A stretch of DNA of 64,000 bases from Bdellovibrionales bacterium (GCA_964217375.1 CAXPJQ010000044.1:934-64933); one strand, 5' to 3'; counted from the first letter of the stretch, positions 45,071-54,636 are shown. Notes: generated by a model not told the origin, from the letters alone. Numbers and translations: made by a program.

Positions 45071-45934
45071 TTATTCTAATACATTTAAAAATTCTTTTAA
45101 TTCTCCTAGTTGAAATTCTTTAATTAAATCTTCATTAACTAGGCAAATTAAAATTCCATTATATTTTTCAGATTTATGTGCAATATATTTTAAAAATTCT
45201 TGAACTATTGTGAAATTATTCATTCTTAAAATTAAATTTAAATCTATCATAATAAATGGGGCTGAAGCTTGCTCTACAAAGTTATCTACAAACCCAATTA
45301 TCTTATTTAATTGGAGAGGATCTACCATATCTGAACTCTCATCTAAAAATTCTTTTTTAAAGTAATCCATACTTTGTTGAGCTTCATTTTGATTAATCCA
45401 GGCAATTGGTGTTTTTTGTAATCCAAATTTTAATCTAACTTGTCTTGGGTTTTCTTCAGTAATTAAAAATCCTTCAAATCCTTTTTTAGTAGCTCCGGAG
45501 AATTCTTCTTTTAGATATCGTCTATCTTTTTTAATTGCAATATATGATGACCCCTTTGAAACATTTAAATCTAATTCTCCTCCTAATGTTCCTTCTTGAA
45601 CTGGTATTAATTTCATTTTAACAAATTTACCTTTATAAAATTTTAAAATAAATAATTCTAATACTAATCCATAAATTAATATTGTCATTCCTACAAATTC
45701 AAGTATATACTCAAGATATATAATAACTATATCATTACTTACTTTAATTGTAAAAAATTCAGAAAAAAATCTAAGTAATTGTGATAATGAAAGAAATATT
45801 GTAGATATTGCAACAAACATCCATGGTTTTTTATAATTTTCTTGGAAAACTTTATTGAATATACTAAATGTAACAAAAGTTCCAATTACAGAAATTCCTG
45901 CAGAAAATAATAAAATAATAGACCCATCAATCAT
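45071..45934 (-). CDS. membrane-anchored DUF835-domain protein
   Basis: Four N-terminal TM helices, then GSSYIAIKKDRRYLKEEF..GFEGFLITEENPRQVRLKFGLQKTPIAWIN (DUF835-like). Confidence 0.45.
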   Translation of the reverse strand: MIDGSIILLFSAGISVIGTFVTFSIFNKVFQENYKKPWMFVAISTIFLSLSQLLRFFSEFFTIKVSNDIVIIYLEYILEFVGMTILIYGLVLELFILKFYKGKFVKMKLIPVQEGTLGGELDLNVSKGSSYIAIKKDRRYLKEEFSGATKKGFEGFLITEENPRQVRLKFGLQKTPIAWINQNEAQQSMDYFKKEFLDESSDMVDPLQLNKIIGFVDNFVEQASAPFIMIDLNLILRMNNFTIVQEFLKYIAHKSEKYNGILICLVNEDLIKEFQLGELKEFLNVLE

Positions 45935-45991
45935 AAATAGTTAAAATTTAAAAAAATTAGTATATAAACCTTATTAACTACTAAGATTTAC

Positions 45992-46732
45992 TTATTCTTC
46001 TCCTCTTGGTGCTAAAATAAATCCAAGAAGTAATTTGTCAACTAGTTTATATTCAACTTTTAGTGGGAAGTCATCATTAAAACTTAATTCAACAGTGTTA
46101 ACTAATTTATCTGCTTTAATAAATTTTTTAAGATATTCCATTGAATATCTACAATGTAAATTTTTATCTTCTTTCATTTGTACATCAATATTTTCAGTAA
46201 ATTCAATTTTTCCACTCATTGAATTTGTTTTTCCTTCCATTAAAAATTTACTATTCTCAATTTTACATGAAACTCCTTCCTCAATAAATCCTAAGTCACT
46301 AATTGCTGTTGTAAAATTTGCTGAAGATGAAATTACTTTTACTGGAAAATTTAATGATGGTACTTTTTGTAAGTTATCATCAGTAAAATCAATTAAAGAT
46401 AATTCAAATTCTTTTTTATTTTTTCCATCAGAGACAATTCCTAATTTTCCGTTATCTTCAATTTTTAAAATTAATTTTGAAGATTCATCACATGACTTTA
46501 AAACTGCAGATAAGTGTTCAAGAGATAATGAAATTTGTTTATCTTCTTCCACTTCATATTTTTCAAAGTTTGTTGATAATAACCTAAAAATTACCATTAC
46601 CACATTATTTGAATTAAGAGCTACAAGCTCCATATAATCTTGTTTAAATACAAAAGTTCCTTCTAAAACAATATCTGAGATAATCTCCATACTTTTTTTT
46701 AAAAGTTTAGCATTTTCTAATACTAGTTCCAT
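45992..46732 (-). CDS. pcn: DNA polymerase sliding clamp PCNA
   Basis: 246 aa. N-terminal LENAKLLKKSMEIISDIVLEGTFVFKQDYMELVALNSNNVVMVIFRL and two-domain length typical of archaeal PCNA. Confidence 0.85.
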   Translation of the reverse strand: MELVLENAKLLKKSMEIISDIVLEGTFVFKQDYMELVALNSNNVVMVIFRLLSTNFEKYEVEEDKQISLSLEHLSAVLKSCDESSKLILKIEDNGKLGIVSDGKNKKEFELSLIDFTDDNLQKVPSLNFPVKVISSSANFTTAISDLGFIEEGVSCKIENSKFLMEGKTNSMSGKIEFTENIDVQMKEDKNLHCRYSMEYLKKFIKADKLVNTVELSFNDDFPLKVEYKLVDKLLLGFILAPRGEE

Positions 46733-46821
46733 AATTGAAACAAAACTTTATCATTAATAAACCTTTTGCTTGTCTAATTAGTGAGTGGTAACTTTGCACA
46801 GTTCGATTATCAAACAATTAT

Positions 46822-46829
46822 TTTATATA
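46822..46829 (+). promoter_or_regulatory. TATA-like element (TTTATATA) for bcp
   Basis: Lies 25-32 nt upstream of the ATG at 46854 and inside the GTG-extended ORF of the track. Confidence 0.45.
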
Positions 46830-46853
46830 GTTAAAAAAACTATATTTTCTATC

Positions 46854-47321
46854 ATGTTACTTGAAGCAAATACAAAAGCTCCGAAGTTTAAAGCTCAAGC
46901 CTTAGTTAATGGTAGAGAAGCAGAAATTTCTTTAGATGATTATAAGGGTCATCAAGTAATTTTATATTTTTATCCAAGAGATTTAACTCCTGGATGTACA
47001 ACTCAAGCTGAAAATTTAAGAGATAACTTTTCAGAATTTCAAAGAAGAGGTATTATTGTCTTGGGTGTTTCTCCAGATCCTATTAAAAAACATATAACTT
47101 TTGCAGAAAAAAAAGAATTACCTTTTACTTTAATTAGTGATGAGGATAAAGAACTTGCAAATTTATACAAAGTATGGGGTCCTAAAAAATTTATGGGTAA
47201 AGTTTATGATGGTATTCATAGAACAACATATTTAATTGATAAAGATGGAGTTATTAGTCACGTTATTAAAAAACCAAAAGTTAAAGAACATTCTCAAGAA
47301 ATTTTAGATTTAATTAAGTAA
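46854..47321 (+). CDS. bcp: peroxiredoxin (Bcp/PrxQ type)
   Basis: FYPRDLTPGCTTQA peroxidatic Cys motif. The start is moved from GTG 46785 to ATG 46854 (MLLEANTKAPKF...) on promoter spacing. Confidence 0.85.
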   Translation: MLLEANTKAPKFKAQALVNGREAEISLDDYKGHQVILYFYPRDLTPGCTTQAENLRDNFSEFQRRGIIVLGVSPDPIKKHITFAEKKELPFTLISDEDKELANLYKVWGPKKFMGKVYDGIHRTTYLIDKDGVISHVIKKPKVKEHSQEILDLIK

Positions 47322-47359
47322 AGAAAAGTTTTTTAAACTTTTATTACTTGTTAGTTTAA

Positions 47360-47701
47360 ATTAGTCTTGATTTTGATGTTTTAGAAGCTAACTCCACATC
47401 AGTATATAAACCTGAGATTTATTATAAAAATGTTTTAGTTCCTTCTTCCCAATATGATGGTATTAAATTTAGAGTTAAATCTACACCAAAAGGTAAACCC
47501 TATCCAGGTTATTTTACAGAAATATTTGTTTATGGTGTAAATGGAAATAACTCTCCTGAAGTTGAGTCTAGAGGGAGAAATCTTCTCTTTAAATTAGTTT
47601 ATGAAAAAAGTTTAACTAGTGATGAATTAAACTCTGAAATTCAAAACTTATTTTTTATTTCTTACTTAGAAAGACTAGTTGAAAAATTCAAAGTTAATTA
47701 A
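47360..47701 (+). CDS. unannotated 113-codon open frame with no ATG/GTG/TTG start (frameshifted or non-canonical start)
   Basis: Open from the TAA at 47357 to the TAA at 47699..47701 (..DVLEANSTSVYKPEIYYKNVLVPSSQYDGIKFRVKSTPKGKPYPGYFTEIFVYG..). The only nearby ATG (47376) is one frame off and hits TAG after two codons, at a T4 run. Confidence 0.35.
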   Translation: MSLDFDVLEANSTSVYKPEIYYKNVLVPSSQYDGIKFRVKSTPKGKPYPGYFTEIFVYGVNGNNSPEVESRGRNLLFKLVYEKSLTSDELNSEIQNLFFISYLERLVEKFKVN

Positions 47702-47743
47702 TTTCCCAAAATTTATTTAAATAAGTTTAACTTTAATATTTTT

Positions 47744-48949
47744 ATGACAAAATACACCTTTGCCCATTTAGCAGATTTACATTTAGGTGGTTATAGAGAA
47801 TCAACATTAACTAATCTTAATTTTAAAACATTTCAGGATTCAATTCAAATTATTTTAAAAGAAAATTTTGATTTTGTTTTATTTGCAGGAGATATTTTTA
47901 ATAATGCAATGCCTCCTCTTGACTTAGTTCAAAAAGTAGTCCAAGAACTTCTCAAATTAAAAGAAAAAAACATTCCGGTATATGTAATTGGAGGTTCTCA
48001 TGATTATTCAAATACTCAAAAATCATTTATTCATCTTCTAGATTCAGTAGGAGTAATTATTGATGTTGGAAAGTATGAACAAGTTAGTAATGGTGAAGTT
48101 AAATTAATTTATACAAATTACAATGATGATATTTTAATTTCAGGAATTGTTGGTAAAAAAAATGGTCTTGATAAAAACATTTACAAGAATCTCTCCAATT
48201 TAGATTTACCAGATACTAAATTTAAAATTTTCATGTTTCACACAACTCTAAATGATATAAAACCTGACTTTTTAAAATCATATAAAAGTGAAGTTACATC
48301 TTCATTTTTACCAATTGGTTTTGATTATTATGCTGGAGGTCACGTTCACACACATATTAACTCTTCATTTAATTCAAAGCCTCTATCATATCCAGGTCCT
48401 TTATTTCCAAATAATTTCACAGAATTAACTAGAGAGAGACCTTCATTTAATGTTTGCTCAATTGATACTCAAACTAAAGATTTTAATTTAAAGAGACAAT
48501 TCATTAATTCCATTCAAACTCAACATTTTTTATTTGAAATAAAAGATAAAACTCCAATTGAAATTCAAGAATTAATCATGGAAAAAATTGTTAATGTCGA
48601 TGTTAGAGGTAAAATAGTTTTATTGGAATTAAAGGGAATTGTAAATGGCTTAATTTCTGAGATAAATACAAATAATATTGTGAAACAAATTTATAATTTA
48701 GGTGCTGAACATGTTTTAAAAAATACTTCAAAGTTAAATACTCGAGATTCAAATATTAAAATTGTAGATGATTTATCTTCAGTTGATGAAATTGAAAATT
48801 CGATTTTAGAGGAAAATATTGATAATTTAAATCAAAGGGATAATGCTAAAAAGTTACTTAAATTAAATCTAGAAAAACAAGAAGGTGAAAAAAATTATCA
48901 ATTTGAAGAGAGAGTAAAAGATGCAATTAAAAAGACAATTTCTAATTAA
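47744..48949 (+). CDS. Mre11/SbcD-like calcineurin-fold phosphoesterase
   Basis: FAHLADLHLGG, FAGDIFN, VIGGSHD, FHT and GGHVH metallophosphoesterase motifs I-V. Confidence 0.7.
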   Translation: MTKYTFAHLADLHLGGYRESTLTNLNFKTFQDSIQIILKENFDFVLFAGDIFNNAMPPLDLVQKVVQELLKLKEKNIPVYVIGGSHDYSNTQKSFIHLLDSVGVIIDVGKYEQVSNGEVKLIYTNYNDDILISGIVGKKNGLDKNIYKNLSNLDLPDTKFKIFMFHTTLNDIKPDFLKSYKSEVTSSFLPIGFDYYAGGHVHTHINSSFNSKPLSYPGPLFPNNFTELTRERPSFNVCSIDTQTKDFNLKRQFINSIQTQHFLFEIKDKTPIEIQELIMEKIVNVDVRGKIVLLELKGIVNGLISEINTNNIVKQIYNLGAEHVLKNTSKLNTRDSNIKIVDDLSSVDEIENSILEENIDNLNQRDNAKKLLKLNLEKQEGEKNYQFEERVKDAIKKTISN

Positions 48950-48980
48950 ATTTAAATATTAAAAAACATTTTCTTTTTTT

Positions 48981-49370
48981 ATGACACAAAATTTAGTTAT
49001 TGATTTATCTAGATATGATTCTAAAACTTATTCTCAAGACTCTTTTCCAATTGATGAAACTTATTCTATTCAACTTCATTTACTAAGTGAGGGGTCAAAA
49101 CATTTTCAGAGTTTAACTCCTGCAAATGATGATTCTTTTATTCAAGAAGAGATTCTCTCAATGCCTCAAACAACTATTTCCTATCCTATTTCTGAGAATA
49201 ATAATTACTCAAGTTATCAAAGTGAGTCCCTTGAACAAAAATTAATTTCTCAAAATAATTTATTTAATCCAAATTATAACTTTATGATTTCAACTTATAA
49301 TATTGGGAATCCTCACTTAGGTATTAATGGAAATAGATATCACTATCAAAGAACTAGAAATAAGTATTAA
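48981..49370 (+). CDS. hypothetical N/S/Q-rich protein
   Basis: 129-aa ORF with a TATA-like box (TTTAAATAT, 48951..48959) 22-30 nt upstream. Confidence 0.4.
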   Translation: MTQNLVIDLSRYDSKTYSQDSFPIDETYSIQLHLLSEGSKHFQSLTPANDDSFIQEEILSMPQTTISYPISENNNYSSYQSESLEQKLISQNNLFNPNYNFMISTYNIGNPHLGINGNRYHYQRTRNKY

Positions 49371-49437
49371 TTAAATGTTGTTCTTTGTGTGTAACACAAT
49401 TATTTAAAAAGGGATTTTATTTTCCATTTACTCTAGT

Positions 49438-49974
49438 ATGATTGAAGAGAACTACAAAAAAAATTTTGAGATTTTAAATATATTAAAAAAATCTAATGAG
49501 GAATTAAAGTCTCTTCAAGAAAAATTAAAAACTAATTCTTTAGTTAAAATTCATGTTGTTGAGAAGACACATTTTTCATTATTTAAATTAAAAAAAACTA
49601 AAGTTCTAAATAAAGCTGCACCAAATAAACCTATGATTGGTTATGTTCAATCAATAATTTTAGGTCTTCATGAAGAATATCAAAAAGCTCTTGACATTTC
49701 TCACTCTCTAGGTGAGTTTGGTCCTGAGATTTCAAAAGATATTTCGAAATTAATTCAGGTATGTTTTTCAACACATCTACATTTAAACGCATTAGAAAAA
49801 GGAAACCTCTCTCACTTTGAAGAACAAACAGGTAAAGAAAAAGGAAGTTTAACTCTTCATGAAGCAGAAAGGTTTTTTGAAGAATTTTTATATGACTTTA
49901 GAATTTTAAAAGAAGAAATATTAAATAAACAAATTTCTCAATGTGAAAACCTTCCAGTTCAGGCAATAATTTAA
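49438..49974 (+). CDS. hypothetical helical protein
   Basis: 178-aa ORF with no recognisable motif. Confidence 0.45.
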   Translation: MIEENYKKNFEILNILKKSNEELKSLQEKLKTNSLVKIHVVEKTHFSLFKLKKTKVLNKAAPNKPMIGYVQSIILGLHEEYQKALDISHSLGEFGPEISKDISKLIQVCFSTHLHLNALEKGNLSHFEEQTGKEKGSLTLHEAERFFEEFLYDFRILKEEILNKQISQCENLPVQAII

Positions 49975-49999
49975 ATAGTATTTTTAATTTATTTAAGGT

Positions 50000-51196
50000 A
50001 TGATTAATTTCATTCAAAATAATATTGAATTTTTTATCTTCATTATCTTTTTATCTATATTTTTATATTTAAAAAGATCAAAAGTAGAATTTCAAGGTTC
50101 ACCTCTTCTTTATATGTTACTATATAAAACTACTTGGGGTTTAAAACAAATGAAATCTTGGTCAAAACAATTCCCAAAAACTTTTCTTTACCTAGCATAT
50201 TTTTGTTATTTTATTGGAGTTGTTGGTATGGTTGCAGTTTTAATATTAACAATTTGGTCTCTTGGTTTTGTTTTAGAAAACAACCTTTCTGCAGGAGGAG
50301 GTTTGGTTTTACCAATCCAAACTGAAAATGGTCTTGAGAGTGCAGTTCCAGTATTTTATGTTCCATTTTGGTATTGGATTATTGCTTTATTTATTTTAGC
50401 TACAGTTCATGAGTTTGCTCATGGTGTAATTGCTCAACGTTTTGGAGTTAAAATTAAATCTTCTGGGTTTGCATTTCTTGGAATTCTTGCTCCAATTTTA
50501 CCTGCAGCTTTTGTTGAACCAGATGAAGAACAAATGAAAAAAAAACCTAAATGGCAACAAATTTCAATCCTTGGAGCTGGTTCTGCAAGTAATTTTATTT
50601 TTGCATTTTTATTTTTTTTAATCATGATTTTCATTGGAACTCCAATTGTAAATTCAACAATGCAAATTGATTCAATTTCATTTTCATCTATTTTAAATGA
50701 ATCAAGTTTTAATGAATATAATATTTCAAGTGGTACTATTAAATCAGTTAATGGTATCGAAAATAAAGAAGAAATTTTAAACTCTTTTTCAAATTTAGAA
50801 ATTAATGAAACTCTAGATATTACCCTTGATGATAATAATACTTATCAGATTACAACTTTTGAACATAACCAAGATAATTCAAGAGGTATGGTTGGAATTT
50901 CAGGTTTAGAAACTACTTATGGAAATGTTGAGGGTTACGAATTTTTAGGAGATCTTCCAGTTTTATTTGAGAGATTACTTTTTTACATTTTCTTTCTAAA
51001 TTTTGGTATTGGTTTAATGAATCTACTTCCTTTATGGATTACAGATGGAGGAAAAATATTTCATATTTTAATGTCTTACAAATTTAAAGAAAAATCAGCT
51101 TTAAGAATTTATAATTTAGTTTCATGGTTTTGTTTAATTTTAATTATTTTTTCAGTAAAACCTTCTCTTTTAATTTCTTTAGTTAATTTATTTTAA
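50000..51196 (+). CDS. site-2 protease family (M50) membrane metalloprotease
   Basis: HEFAHG zinc motif in a TM helix and a second NLLPLWITDGG (NxxPxxxxDG) motif. Central soluble (PDZ-like) insert. Confidence 0.75.
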   Translation: MINFIQNNIEFFIFIIFLSIFLYLKRSKVEFQGSPLLYMLLYKTTWGLKQMKSWSKQFPKTFLYLAYFCYFIGVVGMVAVLILTIWSLGFVLENNLSAGGGLVLPIQTENGLESAVPVFYVPFWYWIIALFILATVHEFAHGVIAQRFGVKIKSSGFAFLGILAPILPAAFVEPDEEQMKKKPKWQQISILGAGSASNFIFAFLFFLIMIFIGTPIVNSTMQIDSISFSSILNESSFNEYNISSGTIKSVNGIENKEEILNSFSNLEINETLDITLDDNNTYQITTFEHNQDNSRGMVGISGLETTYGNVEGYEFLGDLPVLFERLLFYIFFLNFGIGLMNLLPLWITDGGKIFHILMSYKFKEKSALRIYNLVSWFCLILIIFSVKPSLLISLVNLF

Positions 51197-51280
51197 CTTT
51201 TTTTAAATACTTATATTTAAAAAGTATCAATTCTTTTCAAAAATATAAACATTCACCAAAATGGTGTTTTCTACATATAA

Positions 51281-52519
51281 ATGGACCCACTTAGTTTGTT
51301 AATTATAACAATAATTTCAATTTTAGTGCTCTCGGCACTAGTTTCAGGATCAGAGGCTGCACTACTTAGTGTTTCTCTTGCAAAAGCTAAAGAGTTATCA
51401 AATTCTAAAGACCTTATTATTTCTAAAAAAGGGGTATCACTTCTTCTAGTAAAAGAAAATTTAAGACATCACATTACTTCAATTGTAGTTCTAAATAATA
51501 TTGTAAATATTGTTGGTTCAATTTATGTTGGAGTTTTAGCATCAAGTGTTTTTGGAGATACATCTCTTGGTATTGTCTCAGCAGTTTTAACTTTTTTAAT
51601 TATATTATTTTCAGAAATTATTCCAAAAATTTACGGTGAACAATACTGTGATACAATTTCATCAAATATTGCAAAACCTCTTTTAATTATTTCAAAATTT
51701 TTATCCCCAATTACTTGGATTTTAAATAAGTTAACTCATTTATTTGTGAGAGAAAATTCTGCAACTTCAGTGTCTGAGGGTGAAATTAAAGAGATGGCCG
51801 CTCTTGGAAAATTAGAAGGTTCAATTGAGAGTTTTGAGGGTGAAGTTATTGAAAATATCTTCAAAATGAATGACATTCAAGTTTATGATATTATGGTTCC
51901 AAAACATAAAGTTGTTTCTTTTCAAAAAAATGCCACCTATGATGAAATTGTAAAAAAAGTTGAAGAAACAGGATATACTAGATTTCCAATTTTAAAAAAT
52001 GATGAAGTTATTGGTTTAATTAATGTTAAAGATCTCTTTAGGTTTCATAATAAAGAAAAAGATTTTGAAGTCTCAAAAATTTTAAGACCAGTTATTTTTG
52101 CACCAGATATTATGAAGTTATCAACTCTTGAGAAGAAATTAAAAAAATCAAGAATTCACATGGCAGTTATTGTAAATGAACATGGAGAGTTTTCAGGAAT
52201 TGTAACTCTTGAGGATATCATTGAAGAAATTATTGGAGATATTGTTGATGAGCACGATAATGAAGAAGAAAAAGAAATTATTGAAATTAAAGATAATAGA
52301 TTTCACATTAAAGCATCAATTGAAATTTCAGATTTAAATAATGAATTAGATTTATCTATTTCAGAAACTGAGGATTACTCAACTCTTAATGGTTTTATTA
52401 TTTCAAAAATGGATTCTATTCCAAGAATTAATGAGACTCTAAAAATTGATGAGGGAATATTTAGGGTAATTAAAAGATCAAAAAAGAAAGTTTTAGAAGT
52501 TGAATTTACTCGTAATTAA
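51281..52519 (+). CDS. CNNM/CorC/TlyC-family protein (DUF21 + CBS pair + CorC_HlyC domain)
   Basis: Four N-terminal TM helices (ALVSGSEAALLS), then a CBS-like MVPKHKVVSF..GYTRFPI..MAVIVNEHGEFSGIVTLEDIIEEIIG. Confidence 0.8.
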   Translation: MDPLSLLIITIISILVLSALVSGSEAALLSVSLAKAKELSNSKDLIISKKGVSLLLVKENLRHHITSIVVLNNIVNIVGSIYVGVLASSVFGDTSLGIVSAVLTFLIILFSEIIPKIYGEQYCDTISSNIAKPLLIISKFLSPITWILNKLTHLFVRENSATSVSEGEIKEMAALGKLEGSIESFEGEVIENIFKMNDIQVYDIMVPKHKVVSFQKNATYDEIVKKVEETGYTRFPILKNDEVIGLINVKDLFRFHNKEKDFEVSKILRPVIFAPDIMKLSTLEKKLKKSRIHMAVIVNEHGEFSGIVTLEDIIEEIIGDIVDEHDNEEEKEIIEIKDNRFHIKASIEISDLNNELDLSISETEDYSTLNGFIISKMDSIPRINETLKIDEGIFRVIKRSKKKVLEVEFTRN

Positions 52520-52548
52520 TTATATTTTTTCTTATTTTTTTAGTAACC

Positions 52549-52557
52549 TTTATATAT
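52549..52557 (+). promoter_or_regulatory. TATA-like element (TTTATATAT) for the Sec61-beta/NAC pair
   Basis: Lies 25-33 nt upstream of the ATG at 52582. Confidence 0.45.
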
Positions 52558-52581
52558 GTAGAAGTATTACTATATTACTAG

Positions 52582-52743
52582 ATGGCAAAAAGATCTGGTG
52601 TTTCTCTCCCTTCCTCTCAAGGTGGCCTAATTGGTGGCGTTTCTAGTTCTTACAAAACAAAAGTTGAATTTGGACCAAAGTTTGTAATTGTATTTTCTTT
52701 GGCTGTAGTAGCATTTATATTTCTATTATTTAAGGTAAACTAA
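52582..52743 (+). CDS. preprotein translocase Sec61-beta (archaeal SecG) - below the ORF-track size cutoff
   Basis: 53 aa: MAKRSGVSLPSSQGGLIGGVSSSYKTKVEFGPKFVIVFSLAVVAFIFLLFKVN. Tail-anchored, with the GL...P..V layout of archaeal Sec61-beta. Ends 2 nt before the NAC start. Confidence 0.6.
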   Translation: MAKRSGVSLPSSQGGLIGGVSSSYKTKVEFGPKFVIVFSLAVVAFIFLLFKVN

Positions 52744-52745
52744 AA

Positions 52746-53084
52746 ATGATTCCAGGGGTTAATCCAAGACAATTAAAAGCAATGATGAGACAAATGGGAA
52801 TGTCTCAAGAAGATTTAGACGCTCAAGAAGTTATAATTAAAACGGGAGATAAAATTTTAAAATTTTCAAATCCTCAAATCCAAAAAGTTGTAATGCAGGG
52901 TCAAACTACATTTCAATTAAGTGGAGATTATGAAGAAATTGAAGATGTTGCAAAAGTTGAAATTTCTCAAGATGACATTGAGACTGTTTCAGAGCAAGCT
53001 GGAGTATCAAAAGATGATGCGAGGAAGGCACTAGAGAATGCTCAGGGAGATATTGCCCAAGCAATCGTTGACTTATCAAACTAA
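52746..53084 (+). CDS. nac: nascent polypeptide-associated complex protein (NAC + UBA)
   Basis: MIPGVNPRQLKAMMRQMGM start, NAC beta-barrel, C-terminal UBA-like GVSKDDARKALENAQGDIAQAIVDL. Confidence 0.9.
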   Translation: MIPGVNPRQLKAMMRQMGMSQEDLDAQEVIIKTGDKILKFSNPQIQKVVMQGQTTFQLSGDYEEIEDVAKVEISQDDIETVSEQAGVSKDDARKALENAQGDIAQAIVDLSN

Positions 53085-53142
53085 TAAAATGTCTAAATAG
53101 GTATGCTTATGTATATTTATTTTACTAATAATTGAAACAAAA

Positions 53143-53598
53143 ATGGAAGAAACTTACGAATTATTAAGAGATTTGAAAAGACATTTAAACTCAATTGAAC
53201 ATCAATTGTTTGTATCCTCAAAATACACAAGAACTACAGAAATGCTAAGAAAAATTATGGATAGTATTGTTGGTGGTTATGAGCAATTTTTTGCAGTAGC
53301 TTTTGAAGTTTTGGTTGGAGAACAAGGAGCTTATGCACAATCAGTTCATGACAAAATTCAAATGTTAAATGAAGCTTTATTAGTTAGAGGAGTTAGCGTT
53401 GACTTATCTGAGTATTTTTTATTAAAAAGATTATTAATGAGCGAATTTGATTGTATTGGTGAATATAGAAAAAACTTATGTATGGTAAGTTATATTGATT
53501 CAGAAGAATACATTATTAATATGCAAAAATTACATGACTTTTATAACTCATTAAAAATGGCTTGTTCAGGTTTACAACAAGTTGAAGCTGGTTATTAA
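53143..53598 (+). CDS. hypothetical helical protein
   Basis: 151-aa ORF with no recognisable motif. Confidence 0.45.
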   Translation: MEETYELLRDLKRHLNSIEHQLFVSSKYTRTTEMLRKIMDSIVGGYEQFFAVAFEVLVGEQGAYAQSVHDKIQMLNEALLVRGVSVDLSEYFLLKRLLMSEFDCIGEYRKNLCMVSYIDSEEYIINMQKLHDFYNSLKMACSGLQQVEAGY

Positions 53599-53601
53599 AC
53601 C

Positions 53602-53609
53602 TTTTTTTT
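53602..53609 (+). terminator. oligo-T tracts after 53143..53598
   Basis: T8 then T6 within 20 nt of the stop codon. Confidence 0.35.
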
Positions 53610-53670
53610 CTTTTTTCTCTCTCCCAAGTAATTATAATCTATTTTATATGAGAAATCCATAATAAAATTT

Positions 53671-54456
53671 ATGGGAAAACTTATTGTAATATCTTCTGGA
53701 AAAGGAGGAGTTGGAAAAACTACTACTTCAGTAAATTTATCTGCAGCTCTTGCTAAACAAGGAAAATCTGTAATTTTAGTTGATGGAAATTTAACAACTC
53801 CAAATGTTGGACTTCATTTAGGTCTTACTAAATTTCCAGTTACTCTTAATGATGTTTTAAAAGGAGAAGCAACATTAACTGATTCAATTTATATTCATCC
53901 TCTTGGGTTTAAATTAGTTCCAGGATCTCTTTCTATTAGATCTTTTTCAGAAATTAATTCTAGAAAATTAAAAAAATTATTAGATGATTTAAAAGAACTG
54001 GCTGACTATGTAATTGTTGATTCAGCAGCGGGTCTTGGTAATGAATCAATTTCAATTCTTAAAAATGCAGATGAAATCATTTTAGTAACAAATCCAGAAT
54101 TACCTGCAGTAACTGATGCATTTAAAATTGTAACTCTTGCAAAAGAAATTGGAATTCCAGTTAAAGGTGTTGTTTTAAATAAAGTTAGAAAAGATAATTT
54201 TGATTTAGGATTTAGGGCAATTGAATCACTTTTAGAAACACCAATTACTTCAGTAATTGAAGATGATAAAACTATGAGGGAAGCTCTTTATAGAAAAAAA
54301 CCAATTGTTCACATTAAACCAAAATCACCTACTGCAAGAAGATATCATCACTTAGCTCAAAGGGTTCATGATGGAGAATATCAAAGAAAAATTGAAGATT
54401 TAGAAACTGAAAATAGATTCCTAAGATCTCTTCTAAAAGCATTTGGAATGAGATAA
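53671..54456 (+). CDS. minD: MinD/ParA-family P-loop ATPase
   Basis: Deviant Walker A SSGKGGVGKTTT, DSAAGL, and a C-terminal amphipathic tail. Confidence 0.8.
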   Translation: MGKLIVISSGKGGVGKTTTSVNLSAALAKQGKSVILVDGNLTTPNVGLHLGLTKFPVTLNDVLKGEATLTDSIYIHPLGFKLVPGSLSIRSFSEINSRKLKKLLDDLKELADYVIVDSAAGLGNESISILKNADEIILVTNPELPAVTDAFKIVTLAKEIGIPVKGVVLNKVRKDNFDLGFRAIESLLETPITSVIEDDKTMREALYRKKPIVHIKPKSPTARRYHHLAQRVHDGEYQRKIEDLETENRFLRSLLKAFGMR

Positions 54457-54636
54457 TTTTTTTTATATTCTTTTAAAATAATTAATTTTTAATATGGTAG
54501 AAACTATTTCCTCTTGTGAACAAAAAAGAGAAGAATATTTAAAAATCATTAATTCAACAACTAATGAAGAGGAAAAAAAAGTTTATACTTCCCTTTTATA
54601 TGTAATTGAGGATAGAATTAAAACTCTAAAAAAATC

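Noticed and set aside
46035-46637. 200-aa ORF antisense to PCNA, plus many other 60-100 aa ORFs inside or antisense to long genes (4103..4414, 5481..5672, 5821..6045, 11053..11295, 12099..12314, 14849..15121, 18338..18529, 20145..20420, 24917..25117, 28592..28825, 32136..32351, 33020..33202, 34553..34735, 36744..36974, 37488..37760, 40527..40748, 43361..43648, 44826..45011, 50134..50325, 50434..50634, 61225..61428, 61562..61762, 62950..63132, 63526..63726)
   Set aside because: Each lies wholly inside a well-supported gene on the same or the opposite strand. They have low-complexity F/L/I/S-rich translations and no promoter box, as expected for shadow ORFs.
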